64,000 nt of DNA, taken from NCBI GenBank assembly GCA_035461765.1, contig DATHUY010000122.1, positions 1 to 64,000 on the forward strand, given 5' to 3'. This document shows, in pieces, positions 56,704-64,000 of the stretch; position 1 is the first letter of the stretch, and the number at the start of each line of letters is the position of its first letter. A model generated the notes under the pieces. That model ran no database searches, was not told the origin of the DNA, and saw only the letters and a list, made by a program, of their open reading frames with translations. The translations under genes and the position numbers were made by a program. The DNA comes from Longimicrobiales bacterium. GTDB taxonomy: Bacteria; Gemmatimonadota; Gemmatimonadetes; Longimicrobiales; RSA9.

Positions 56704-58053
56704 TCAGTTGATACTGGCCGACGTCACATCACACATGTCGTGAGTGAACAGCTTGTTGTTCGCCTCGTCGAAGTCCAGCGGGAACACCACGTCCGGCCCG
56801 TATGAGCCGCCCTTGTGATAATTGCCCGACGGGTAGACGAGATTCTGCGCGAGCCCGTACTGATAGACCAGCCGGCGCAGGTCGCCGAGCCGGTGCCCGG
56901 TCAGATACAGCCAGAACGCACGCTCGGAGAAGAGCATGTCCCTGGCGGCATCCGCCGTGCCCGGTGCCGTCAACGGTGCGAGCGTCGGCGTGCCGTACAC
57001 GTCGGAGTACGTCGGCACCCAGTCCGTCATGATATCCTCGACGTCCGCACGCAGGGCATTGAGGATGGTCGTCATCGGACCGAACTGGTTCGCCTGGAGA
57101 GCCGCCTCGGCCTCGATCAGGCGCGCCTCGACACCACTCGCCAGAACGACGGGGTCCGAGTAGTCGTTGTACTTGTCCGACTTGTACATCGCGATCGTCG
57201 CGTCGAAGCCGCCCGCAGGATTCTGCGTCCACGGCGCCCTCGGGTCTTCCGGCACCCGGAACGGCTCACCGTTGCCACCCTCGAGGTTCGACTGCGCGTA
57301 CCGACCGTTTGACTGCAGGGTGAAGATGCCGTTGCTGCTCCCCGCCTGCGAGTGAACCACCAGGTATTCCCAGTCGGTGGGAACGCTGGCGACAGCAGCG
57401 GCTGCTGCAGCATACTGGCCCTGGTCCAGCAATGCGCGACCCCGGCCCACCGCAGCGAGGTTCGCGGAGCCGGCAGCATCGAAGCGTACGAGTGCCGAGT
57501 CCAGCAACTGCATGCCGGTGTTCGGCGCGCCATCGATGAACTGACCTCCCTCCTCCCGGCTCAGCGGCACCGCACTGCAGAAGCCTTCGGCGAGCAGCAC
57601 GATCGTATATCCTTCGAGCGCCTTGAGCGTCTGGTAATCGGGATCAGACGTGCTCCGGATGTCGGCCACGCGAATCGCGGCATCGTGCAGAGCACGTCGT
57701 GCGAACTGCAGCGCCGTGTACGTGCCATCAGACGTATTCCCGCTGGCCGCCGGGAACTGCTCCCGGCGGTCGGTTGCGGTTCGTGTCGGGAACGTCCCGG
57801 ACGAATAGAACTCGTCCGTGAGCACGCCGCTCACGCTCAGATACGATTCACCGCCCGAGAAGGCGTTCGTGAAATTACCCAGCGCACCCGCGATCACGAC
57901 GGGGAGCACTGCGGGGTCATCGAGTGTGCCGGGGCTCACCACATCGCGATCCTCGACATTCAGCAGGTCGTCGAGGTCGCAGGCCGTGAGTCCCAGCACG
58001 CCGAGGACCAGCGCGAGGCCCGTCGCGCGACGGATACGCCCCTTGGTTCTCAT
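56704..58053 (-). CDS. susD: SusD/RagB family outer-membrane nutrient-binding lipoprotein
   Basis: Lipobox LGLTAC. SusD-like TPR-rich N-terminal region. Immediately downstream of the SusC-like gene. Confidence 0.8.
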   Translation of the reverse strand: MRTKGRIRRATGLALVLGVLGLTACDLDDLLNVEDRDVVSPGTLDDPAVLPVVIAGALGNFTNAFSGGESYLSVSGVLTDEFYSSGTFPTRTATDRREQFPAASGNTSDGTYTALQFARRALHDAAIRVADIRSTSDPDYQTLKALEGYTIVLLAEGFCSAVPLSREEGGQFIDGAPNTGMQLLDSALVRFDAAGSANLAAVGRGRALLDQGQYAAAAAAVASVPTDWEYLVVHSQAGSSNGIFTLQSNGRYAQSNLEGGNGEPFRVPEDPRAPWTQNPAGGFDATIAMYKSDKYNDYSDPVVLASGVEARLIEAEAALQANQFGPMTTILNALRADVEDIMTDWVPTYSDVYGTPTLAPLTAPGTADAARDMLFSERAFWLYLTGHRLGDLRRLVYQYGLAQNLVYPSGNYHKGGSYGPDVVFPLDFDEANNKLFTHDMCDVTSASIN

Positions 58054-58073
58054 ATACATTCTCATTCCCCGTG

Positions 58074-61000
58074 CTAGAAGGAGTAGTCGAGACGAAGCAT
58101 CAGGTAGCGCACCGGCGGCTGCGTGTTGAACTCGCTCTGGCTGAAGTTCGAGTTGCCGCCGCCTTCAACCGTCTCAGGGTCCAGGCCCGTGTAGTCCGTC
58201 CAGGTCATGAGATTACGTCCAGCGACTGTCAGACGCAGGCCCTCGATCGCACGGAAGTGGTTCGCCCAGGCGTCCGGTGTGCTCAGCGTAATCGAGAGCT
58301 CCCGCCACTTGTAGAAGTCCGCCTTCTCGACGTAGAGATGGGCCGAGCCGAGGAAGCGATCGGCCAGGTATGCTGCCTGCTCGTGCAGCGATGCGTTCGG
58401 ATCACCGACTGCCGGGCAGCCGAACGTCGAGCGGAAGCCGCAGCGGAACCCTTCCGAATCGTTGCCCGTGTAGTGTCCGCCACGACCCTCGAACAGTGTG
58501 GAGATCGTGATGAAGTCGAACAGGCGCATATCCGCGAAGAACGAGCGCTGCCACGTCGGCAGCGACGGTCCGATGTAGCTCTCGTCCTCGGCCACGGTAA
58601 CTTCGCACGGCAGTCCCGAAGCCGGGTCGCCGCCGACCTCGCACCCCGCGATGGTCAGCTTGCCGTTCCCATCCGTGTCATTGAACGACACCTTCGGCAG
58701 AATGAACGCACCGGCCGGGCGCCCCTCAGTATGACGCTGCAGGCCGCGGTTGAAGATGATGTCCTCGACACCCTCGCCGAGCTCCAGAACCTCGTTGTCC
58801 AGCGAGGTGTTGTTGGCGCCCAGGCTCAGTGCGAAACGGTCGCTCTCATAGACGCGCAGGTTCAGGCCGAGCTCCGTGCCGGCGTTCCTGATGCTGCCCA
58901 GGTTCTGCAGAACCGAGCCGGTCAGCCCGAGCGAGCCCGGCAGGCGCCGGCTGATGAGGGCATCTTCCGACGTCTTGTTGAAGTACGTGAACTGGAGCGA
59001 CAGCCGCTCGTCGAAGAAGCCGGTGTCGAAGCCGAACTCGTATTCCGTCGTGCGCTCCGGCTCCAGCAGCGTGTTGCCCGTGACGCTCAGCGACACACCC
59101 GGTACATCGCCGCCCTGGGTCGCGACCGTAGTCGGGCTGAACAGCGTGGTCGCGCTGCGGAACCCGGGCTGCAGTCCTGACGCGCCCCACGCACCGCGCA
59201 GGCGCAGCGTGCTGAGCAGGTCGGTCTGCGGGAAGAACTCCTCGTCGCCGATGACCCACGACAGGCTGACGCCCGGGTAGTAGGCGAAGCCGAAGTCCGT
59301 GCCGAACGCACTGTTGTCATCGCCGCGCAGGCTCGCCGCGAGGAATACGCGGTCGCGCCATGCGAGCTCCTGCTGGAGGTAGCCACCCACGGTGCGCACC
59401 TCGAAGAAGTTCTCATCGAGCGAGAACAGGTTGGATACCGTGCCGCAGGAGGCCGTTCCGGGCACGAGGCCCGACCCGTAGCAATACGTGCTTTCCGTGT
59501 TGTCGCGGTTGTAGCTGCCCCCGACCGTGGTGTTGGCCAGCAGCTCGGGCATCAGCTGGAACGTACCTGTGGCGGACACCGTGCCGGAGTAGAGGTAGTT
59601 CGTGTAGCGCTCCGACTGACGGAATCCGGCCATGTAGGACGCGGCGAGGTTACCGAGCGGCCCGTTCGGCTGGAGCGTCGAGTATCGGTGTCCCGACGTG
59701 AGGTCCAGACCACCCGTTCCGTTCACGCTCAGCCACGACGTCGGACGGTACCGCAGATTCGTGCTCACCGTGTACCGGTCGACGTCGCCCAGGTTCGGAT
59801 AGACCTCGAGCTGCTGCATCGAGCGGCTGAACCCGTAGTTCGCCGGGTTCGGATCGAACTCCGCGTCCGCTGCCGCAGGTACGAAGTAGGGCAGGCCCAC
59901 GAGACCGTTCAGAATCGGGCTGAAAATGGAGTTGTCGTTGTTGTTCAGCGACAGCTGCGTCTGCGCATAGCCGAACGACACGCTCGCATCAGCCGTCTCG
60001 GTGAGCCGCGCGTCCATGTTGGCGCGGAAGTTCACCTTGTCCTGCTCGTTGATGCTGATCACGCCATCCTCGCCCTCGAGCTGACCCGAGACGAAGAAGC
60101 GGACCTGCTCCGTACCGCCGCGGACACTCACGCCGTAGCGCTGGCGCAGGCCGGTCTCGAACGGACGCGTCCGGCTGTCCATCAGCGTGTTGTACGACAT
60201 CGTGCCTTCCTGCTCGCAGTAGCCGGGATCGCCCGGCGACAGGGCGGCGAGCCGGTTCGGGCAGTAGATCGCATAGCCGCCCGGATTCGACGTCGTGACG
60301 GTATTGAAGAAGCCGCTGGACGTGAACTGCGGTGCGCTCGGGTTGATGATGTCGAACGCCGCGAAGTTCGCCGGATAATCGACCTTGTCTTCGATCTGCC
60401 CGGTCTCGACGAACGCCGTCCACTGTGTGTCACCCGGCCGGCCGCGCTTGGTCGTGATCTGGATCACGCCGTTCGCTGCCGCCGTGCCGTAGAGGGCGGT
60501 GGCCGCAGGTCCCTTCAGGATGTCCATGCTGGCAATGTCGTTCGGATTGATGTCGTTCAGGCGGCTGGACTGCTGGCCGCCCACTCCGAACGTTCCGCCG
60601 AAATCGGCGTTCGCGCGCACGCCGTCGATGAAGACGAGCGGCTCATTGTTCAGGGACAGGCTGTTGGCGCCGCGGATGCGGATGCGCTGCGACGTGCCGG
60701 TCGTGCCGTTCACGTCCTGCATGATCACGCCCTCCGTGCGGCCACCCAGCACGTCGGCCACGCTCGTGATCGGTGCCGGATTCAGGTCCTGCACCTCGAT
60801 CGCGCCCACGGAAGCGCCCAGCTCCCGCGTCCGCTGCTCACGGCCTGTCGCCGCACTCGCAACCAGCGCACCGAGTGCCACTGCACTCGTGCTCAGCCGG
60901 AAATCGACCGTGGTCGCCTCGCCGGCCCTTACAGTGACGTTCTGTGTCGCTTGACCGTAACCGATAAGTACCGCCCGGACCTGATGCGTACCGGCCGGCA

Positions 61001-61202
61001 CACGGAGAACCAGAAAGCGGCCCTCGTCGTTCGTCAGGCCGCCCACGTTGGTGCCCTGAACGACGATCTGCGCGCCGATCAACGGCTCGCCGGCCTCGTT
61101 GGTCACTCGGCCCGTGACCGTACCCGTCGTCTGTGCAGCAACCTGGAAGGCGGCGCAGAAGACGAGTACCACGGACATGAGCGTCGTGCGGACTGCCCTC
61201 AT
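58074..61202 (-). CDS. susC: SusC/RagA family TonB-dependent outer-membrane transporter
   Basis: 1042 aa. N-terminal carboxypeptidase-D-regulatory-like domain (TGTVTGRVTNEAGEPLIGAQIVVQG), a plug (..VLGGRTEGVIM.., ..RIRGANSL..), and a C-terminal beta-barrel ending ..RLDYSF. Confidence 0.9.
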   Translation of the reverse strand: MRAVRTTLMSVVLVFCAAFQVAAQTTGTVTGRVTNEAGEPLIGAQIVVQGTNVGGLTNDEGRFLVLRVPAGTHQVRAVLIGYGQATQNVTVRAGEATTVDFRLSTSAVALGALVASAATGREQRTRELGASVGAIEVQDLNPAPITSVADVLGGRTEGVIMQDVNGTTGTSQRIRIRGANSLSLNNEPLVFIDGVRANADFGGTFGVGGQQSSRLNDINPNDIASMDILKGPAATALYGTAAANGVIQITTKRGRPGDTQWTAFVETGQIEDKVDYPANFAAFDIINPSAPQFTSSGFFNTVTTSNPGGYAIYCPNRLAALSPGDPGYCEQEGTMSYNTLMDSRTRPFETGLRQRYGVSVRGGTEQVRFFVSGQLEGEDGVISINEQDKVNFRANMDARLTETADASVSFGYAQTQLSLNNNDNSIFSPILNGLVGLPYFVPAAADAEFDPNPANYGFSRSMQQLEVYPNLGDVDRYTVSTNLRYRPTSWLSVNGTGGLDLTSGHRYSTLQPNGPLGNLAASYMAGFRQSERYTNYLYSGTVSATGTFQLMPELLANTTVGGSYNRDNTESTYCYGSGLVPGTASCGTVSNLFSLDENFFEVRTVGGYLQQELAWRDRVFLAASLRGDDNSAFGTDFGFAYYPGVSLSWVIGDEEFFPQTDLLSTLRLRGAWGASGLQPGFRSATTLFSPTTVATQGGDVPGVSLSVTGNTLLEPERTTEYEFGFDTGFFDERLSLQFTYFNKTSEDALISRRLPGSLGLTGSVLQNLGSIRNAGTELGLNLRVYESDRFALSLGANNTSLDNEVLELGEGVEDIIFNRGLQRHTEGRPAGAFILPKVSFNDTDGNGKLTIAGCEVGGDPASGLPCEVTVAEDESYIGPSLPTWQRSFFADMRLFDFITISTLFEGRGGHYTGNDSEGFRCGFRSTFGCPAVGDPNASLHEQAAYLADRFLGSAHLYVEKADFYKWRELSITLSTPDAWANHFRAIEGLRLTVAGRNLMTWTDYTGLDPETVEGGGNSNFSQSEFNTQPPVRYLMLRLDYSF

Positions 61203-61499
61203 GGTAACTCCTTGGCAGAAGGGTTGGAACGCGTCTGGAGTCTGGCGACTCCCACAAATCGAACACCATCACGGACAGTGCCGCGTCACACGTGCCCAAT
61301 GAGCCGGTTTGCCGGGACCGCCTCGATACCTAAGAACGCGCGAATGTCGCTATTCTGACACGCCTGGGCAACCGTTCGTCCCGCAGGACCGCTGCCTCGT
61401 CCCGGCTGCCTTGCGCACTCCGGAGGTCCCGCCTTGTCTCGCTGCTCCTTCGACTACAGAATTAAAGGATAGACTCCTCGTCATCGATCGGGGGATACC

Positions 61500-61892
61500 A
61501 TGCGTTCCTGGCGAAGACTCATCCTCGCGACGGGATTCGCGCTGCTGGCGGGCTGCGCGTCCAGCGGCGGCGGTACCTACGCGTCGCCTGACCTGCTCAC
61601 CGCAGAGCAGCTCACGAACTACCAGCACATGAACGCGTTCGACGCCATCCGGCAGCTGCGGCCGCAGTGGCTGCGCAGCAATCGCGGCCAGTCGTCGGTC
61701 AGGGCATCGTCACAGCAGCAACGCGGGCTGCGCGTTTATGTGGATGGTATATTGCTGGGCGGGACGGCGGATCTGCGCTCGCTTGAGGTGCGGGCCATTC
61801 ATGAGGCCCGCTTCCTGGACTCCAGGGAGGCGACGACGCGGTTCGGTACGAATCACGCCGAAGGCGCGATCGTCGTCACGACGGTCGGCTGA
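61500..61892 (+). CDS. small lipoprotein with a TonB-dependent-receptor plug-like segment
   Basis: Lipobox LLAGCAS. C-terminal ..RVYVDGILLGG..L..LEVRAIHEARFLDSREATTRFGTNHAEGAIVVTT.. resembles the plug motif (V.VDG...L..I....IEVLKG..SA.YG..A..GVI.I.TK). Paralogous to 61973-62446. Confidence 0.5.
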   Translation: MRSWRRLILATGFALLAGCASSGGGTYASPDLLTAEQLTNYQHMNAFDAIRQLRPQWLRSNRGQSSVRASSQQQRGLRVYVDGILLGGTADLRSLEVRAIHEARFLDSREATTRFGTNHAEGAIVVTTVG

Positions 61893-61972
61893 GCCGGCGC
61901 AGGACCGTCGCGCGGCTCCGTTGCGTGGGCGGCATCGACCCTGCTCAGGCGTCGGAGAATGCGCCCCGTCGG

Positions 61973-62446
61973 CTACATGGCTGCAGTGCGCACCATGATG
62001 ACGCCGTTGCCCGCTTCCGAGCCGTAGCGCGCCGACGCTTCGCGCGCGTTCAGGATCTGGATGTAAAGGATGGACTCGGCCGGAATGTTCTTCAGGTGGT
62101 CCACCACCGTCTGAACTCGCGTCCCGTCGACGACCACCAGGATGTCGGCGCTCAGCAGGAATGATGAGACACCGCGCTGCGTGATCTTCACCGGCGATCC
62201 CTCACGGGTGCGCTGGATCTTCAGATGGGTGGCGGCGCGCTCGACGGCATGATAGGCATCGCGCACGCCCATCTCGCTTATGTCCTGCTGCGTCAGAACG
62301 AGGCCGCCGGGCTCCTGACCGTCCTGGCGGGAGGAAGCGCCGTCTCTCGTCGAAGCACCGCGCGCGGAGCAGCCGGCGAACGCGACCAGGCATAGCACGA
62401 ACAGGGCTCGAATCGCGGGGTGGTGCTTGAGTCTGGGGGTCGTCAT
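61973..62446 (-). CDS. small lipoprotein with a TonB-dependent-receptor plug-like segment (paralog of 61500-61892)
   Basis: Start ATG 62446 with GGAGG RBS. Lipobox VAFAGCS. ..ILVVVDGTRV...L..I.AESILYIQILNAREASARYGSEAGNGVIMVRT.. is plug-like and aligns with the convergent neighbour. Confidence 0.5.
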   Translation of the reverse strand: MTTPRLKHHPAIRALFVLCLVAFAGCSARGASTRDGASSRQDGQEPGGLVLTQQDISEMGVRDAYHAVERAATHLKIQRTREGSPVKITQRGVSSFLLSADILVVVDGTRVQTVVDHLKNIPAESILYIQILNAREASARYGSEAGNGVIMVRTAAM

Positions 62447-62576
62447 GGTGCCTCCACGCGAACGCGTCGGCTGTGCGGCGGCACCAGGAGGACCCGCCGG
62501 CAAGTCGATCAGTGGACTGAAGACAAGGTAACTCTCACTTCCCGGCGATGCGATGGCCCCGGGATGGAACGCCGGC

Positions 62577-63587
62577 TCAAACGGGCGCGGCCAGTTCCGT
62601 TGTGCGCGCCCGTATACGGCGGCCCCACGGTTCCGCGTGCATACGGACGAAGCGTTCTTCTGCCTGCTCGCGGAATGTATGTGCCGCGTCGGTTCCGTCT
62701 ACGCGTGTCGCGAGAACAGCCATGGCCTCGAAGGTTTCCGCCTCGAGCAATGCGTTGTGAGCGCGCGCGGCGAGATCGAGCGCACGCAGCAGGTGCTCGC
62801 GGGCTTTTTCGTTCTCCTGCCGGCGCAGACAGATAATGCCGAGCACGCGGTGCGCTTCGCCCTCACCGCTCACGTCATTGATGCCCTTCAGGATACGCAG
62901 GGCGCGGCCAGCGGTCGCTTCGGCCATACGGACATCGGCAAGGTCGAGCAGCAGCAGCGCGCGTTCCTCTTCCACGCGGCCGCGCACGTCCTCACTCGCG
63001 GCCGCAAGCGCGCCCTGCGCGGCCTGCCTGAAATGGGCATCGGCCTCCAGCGGCATTCTTTTCTCTCGGAAGATGATCGCCAGGTTCTGATGGGCCTGGG
63101 CGGCGCCGCGCCGATCGCCCGTCTGACGTGCGGCCAGCAGCGCACGATTATATGCGGCGACTGCCTCCTCCATGTGATCGTGAAGCGTGTGCACGATTCC
63201 CAGATTGTTGTGGGCGGCCGAGAGCAGCGCCTGATCGCCCGCAGCGCTGGCATGCTCGACGACGGCCTGCCACAGAGCGGCGGCGCCCGCGACATCGCCG
63301 TGGTCGAAGCGCAGCATCGCCTCAAGGTTGAGCCTGCGACGGATCAGCCAGTCGGCGGCGCTGCGGCGCACGGGTAGATCCAGGTCCGTGCAGAGGCGCA
63401 GCGCATCGGCAGACGCTCCCGTCCGGCGCCACGCGTAGGCAAGGCGGTAGCCGAGCTCGGGCTCGGCGAGCAGCGTTTCACGCGCGACCGGTTCGAGCAT
63501 TCGCGCGACGTCAGCGTAGCTGCCCTCGCTTTCGAGCGCGCGTGCACGCGACAGCAGGTCACCGGAGCCGGCAGCGCCTTCGCTCAT
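62577..63587 (-). CDS. tetratricopeptide-repeat protein
   Basis: Start MSEGAAGSGD (ATG 63587). Repeated A-rich TPR helices (..AAYNRALLAARQTGDRRGAAQAHQNLAII..). The upstream ORF extension is Ser/Arg-rich junk. Confidence 0.65.
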   Translation of the reverse strand: MSEGAAGSGDLLSRARALESEGSYADVARMLEPVARETLLAEPELGYRLAYAWRRTGASADALRLCTDLDLPVRRSAADWLIRRRLNLEAMLRFDHGDVAGAAALWQAVVEHASAAGDQALLSAAHNNLGIVHTLHDHMEEAVAAYNRALLAARQTGDRRGAAQAHQNLAIIFREKRMPLEADAHFRQAAQGALAAASEDVRGRVEEERALLLLDLADVRMAEATAGRALRILKGINDVSGEGEAHRVLGIICLRRQENEKAREHLLRALDLAARAHNALLEAETFEAMAVLATRVDGTDAAHTFREQAEERFVRMHAEPWGRRIRARTTELAAPV

Positions 63588-63591
63588 TGCA

Positions 63592-63954
63592 TCATCCGGC
63601 GATGCAGAAGCCCGTGAAGCTGGTGATCTCGCCTTCGATCTCGTCGAAATCCTCGATGTGAAGTGTGCCGATCGGGAACCACGGCTCGCCCGGCCGCTCC
63701 TGCTTCCAGACGCGCAGCCGCGACTCGAGGTCGTCGTCATCCCCATCTACATCGCCGTCACCATCGAGATCGTCATCCACGCCGCGGTACGTGACATCCA
63801 GGCGCGCCGGATGCTTCGGATCGAACTGCAGACCGGACGGCTGGAAATCGAACAGGAAGCGGCCGTCCTGACTGAGTGTGACCGTGATCAGGACGGAATC
63901 GCCCTCCGCGAAAGACGATCCGTTGGGCCGCCGCAGCAGACCCTCTGCGGGCAC
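63592..63954 (-). CDS. acidic hypothetical protein with an Asp-rich (DGDGDVDGDDDD) calcium-binding-like stretch; the 5' end is possibly beyond the annotated M
   Basis: 120-aa ORF ending ..FTGFCIAG, 2 nt before the TPR gene start. Same strand, so likely co-transcribed. No recognisable domain. Confidence 0.35.
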   Translation of the reverse strand: MPAEGLLRRPNGSSFAEGDSVLITVTLSQDGRFLFDFQPSGLQFDPKHPARLDVTYRGVDDDLDGDGDVDGDDDDLESRLRVWKQERPGEPWFPIGTLHIEDFDEIEGEITSFTGFCIAG

Positions 63955-64000
63955 ACGGAACTCGAGGAACTCCTCGCCTTCCCCGCCCGGCTCATCCGGC

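Noticed and set aside
1-64000. CRISPR arrays, transposases/integrases, phage structural genes
   Set aside because: No regularly spaced direct repeats and no DDE/tyrosine-recombinase-like ORFs were seen. The only mobile-element-like features are the two transposase-less MITE-like copies.

Overview
This is a 64 kb window of a high-GC (~70%) bacterial chromosome. I call about 55 protein-coding genes and no rRNA, tRNA, CRISPR array, transposase or integrase. A SusC/SusD pair, many secreted lipoproteins and the very high GC suggest a Gemmatimonadota-like organism, but that is only an inference. Content in order: a partial ArsC-family gene, a HemQ/chlorite-dismutase-like gene, a membrane GGDEF cyclase, a DUF1800/DUF1501 pair, an L,D-transpeptidase, a copper-type CsoR repressor, an NfeD-flotillin pair, a translationally coupled oxidoreductase / HAD-IIB phosphatase / GT20 (GgpS/OtsA-like) operon, a GH18 hydrolase, a P-type cation ATPase, an FNT channel, a CBS site-2 protease, a tightly overlapping DUF302 / GGDEF / GAF-histidine-kinase / PgsA operon, and two tandem-USP proteins. 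A heavy-metal efflux island follows on the minus strand: ArsR, DUF2892, P-II-like DUF3240, CzcA/CusA-type RND pump, membrane fusion protein, TolC, c-type cytochromes and a CxxCH-bearing beta-barrel. Next comes a stress/dormancy island: PEP synthase, a small ORF, an unusual HAD-IIB::HerA-like ATPase fusion, Hsp20, a BON protein and an alpha-glucan phosphorylase. The window ends with a sulfotransferase, a Cys/Met PLP enzyme, an APC permease, an S9 peptidase, DUF389, DUF1697, an aminotransferase, SusD, SusC, two paralogous plug-domain-only lipoproteins and a TPR protein. Non-coding highlights are a MITE-like inverted-repeat element family present in two copies, several strong GC-rich hairpin terminators, and palindromes upstream of hsp20. 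The most likely novel items are the HAD::HerA fusion with its small partner ORF, the MITE-like repeat family, the CxxCH beta-barrel/cytochrome pair on the metal-efflux island, and the plug-only lipoprotein paralogs.
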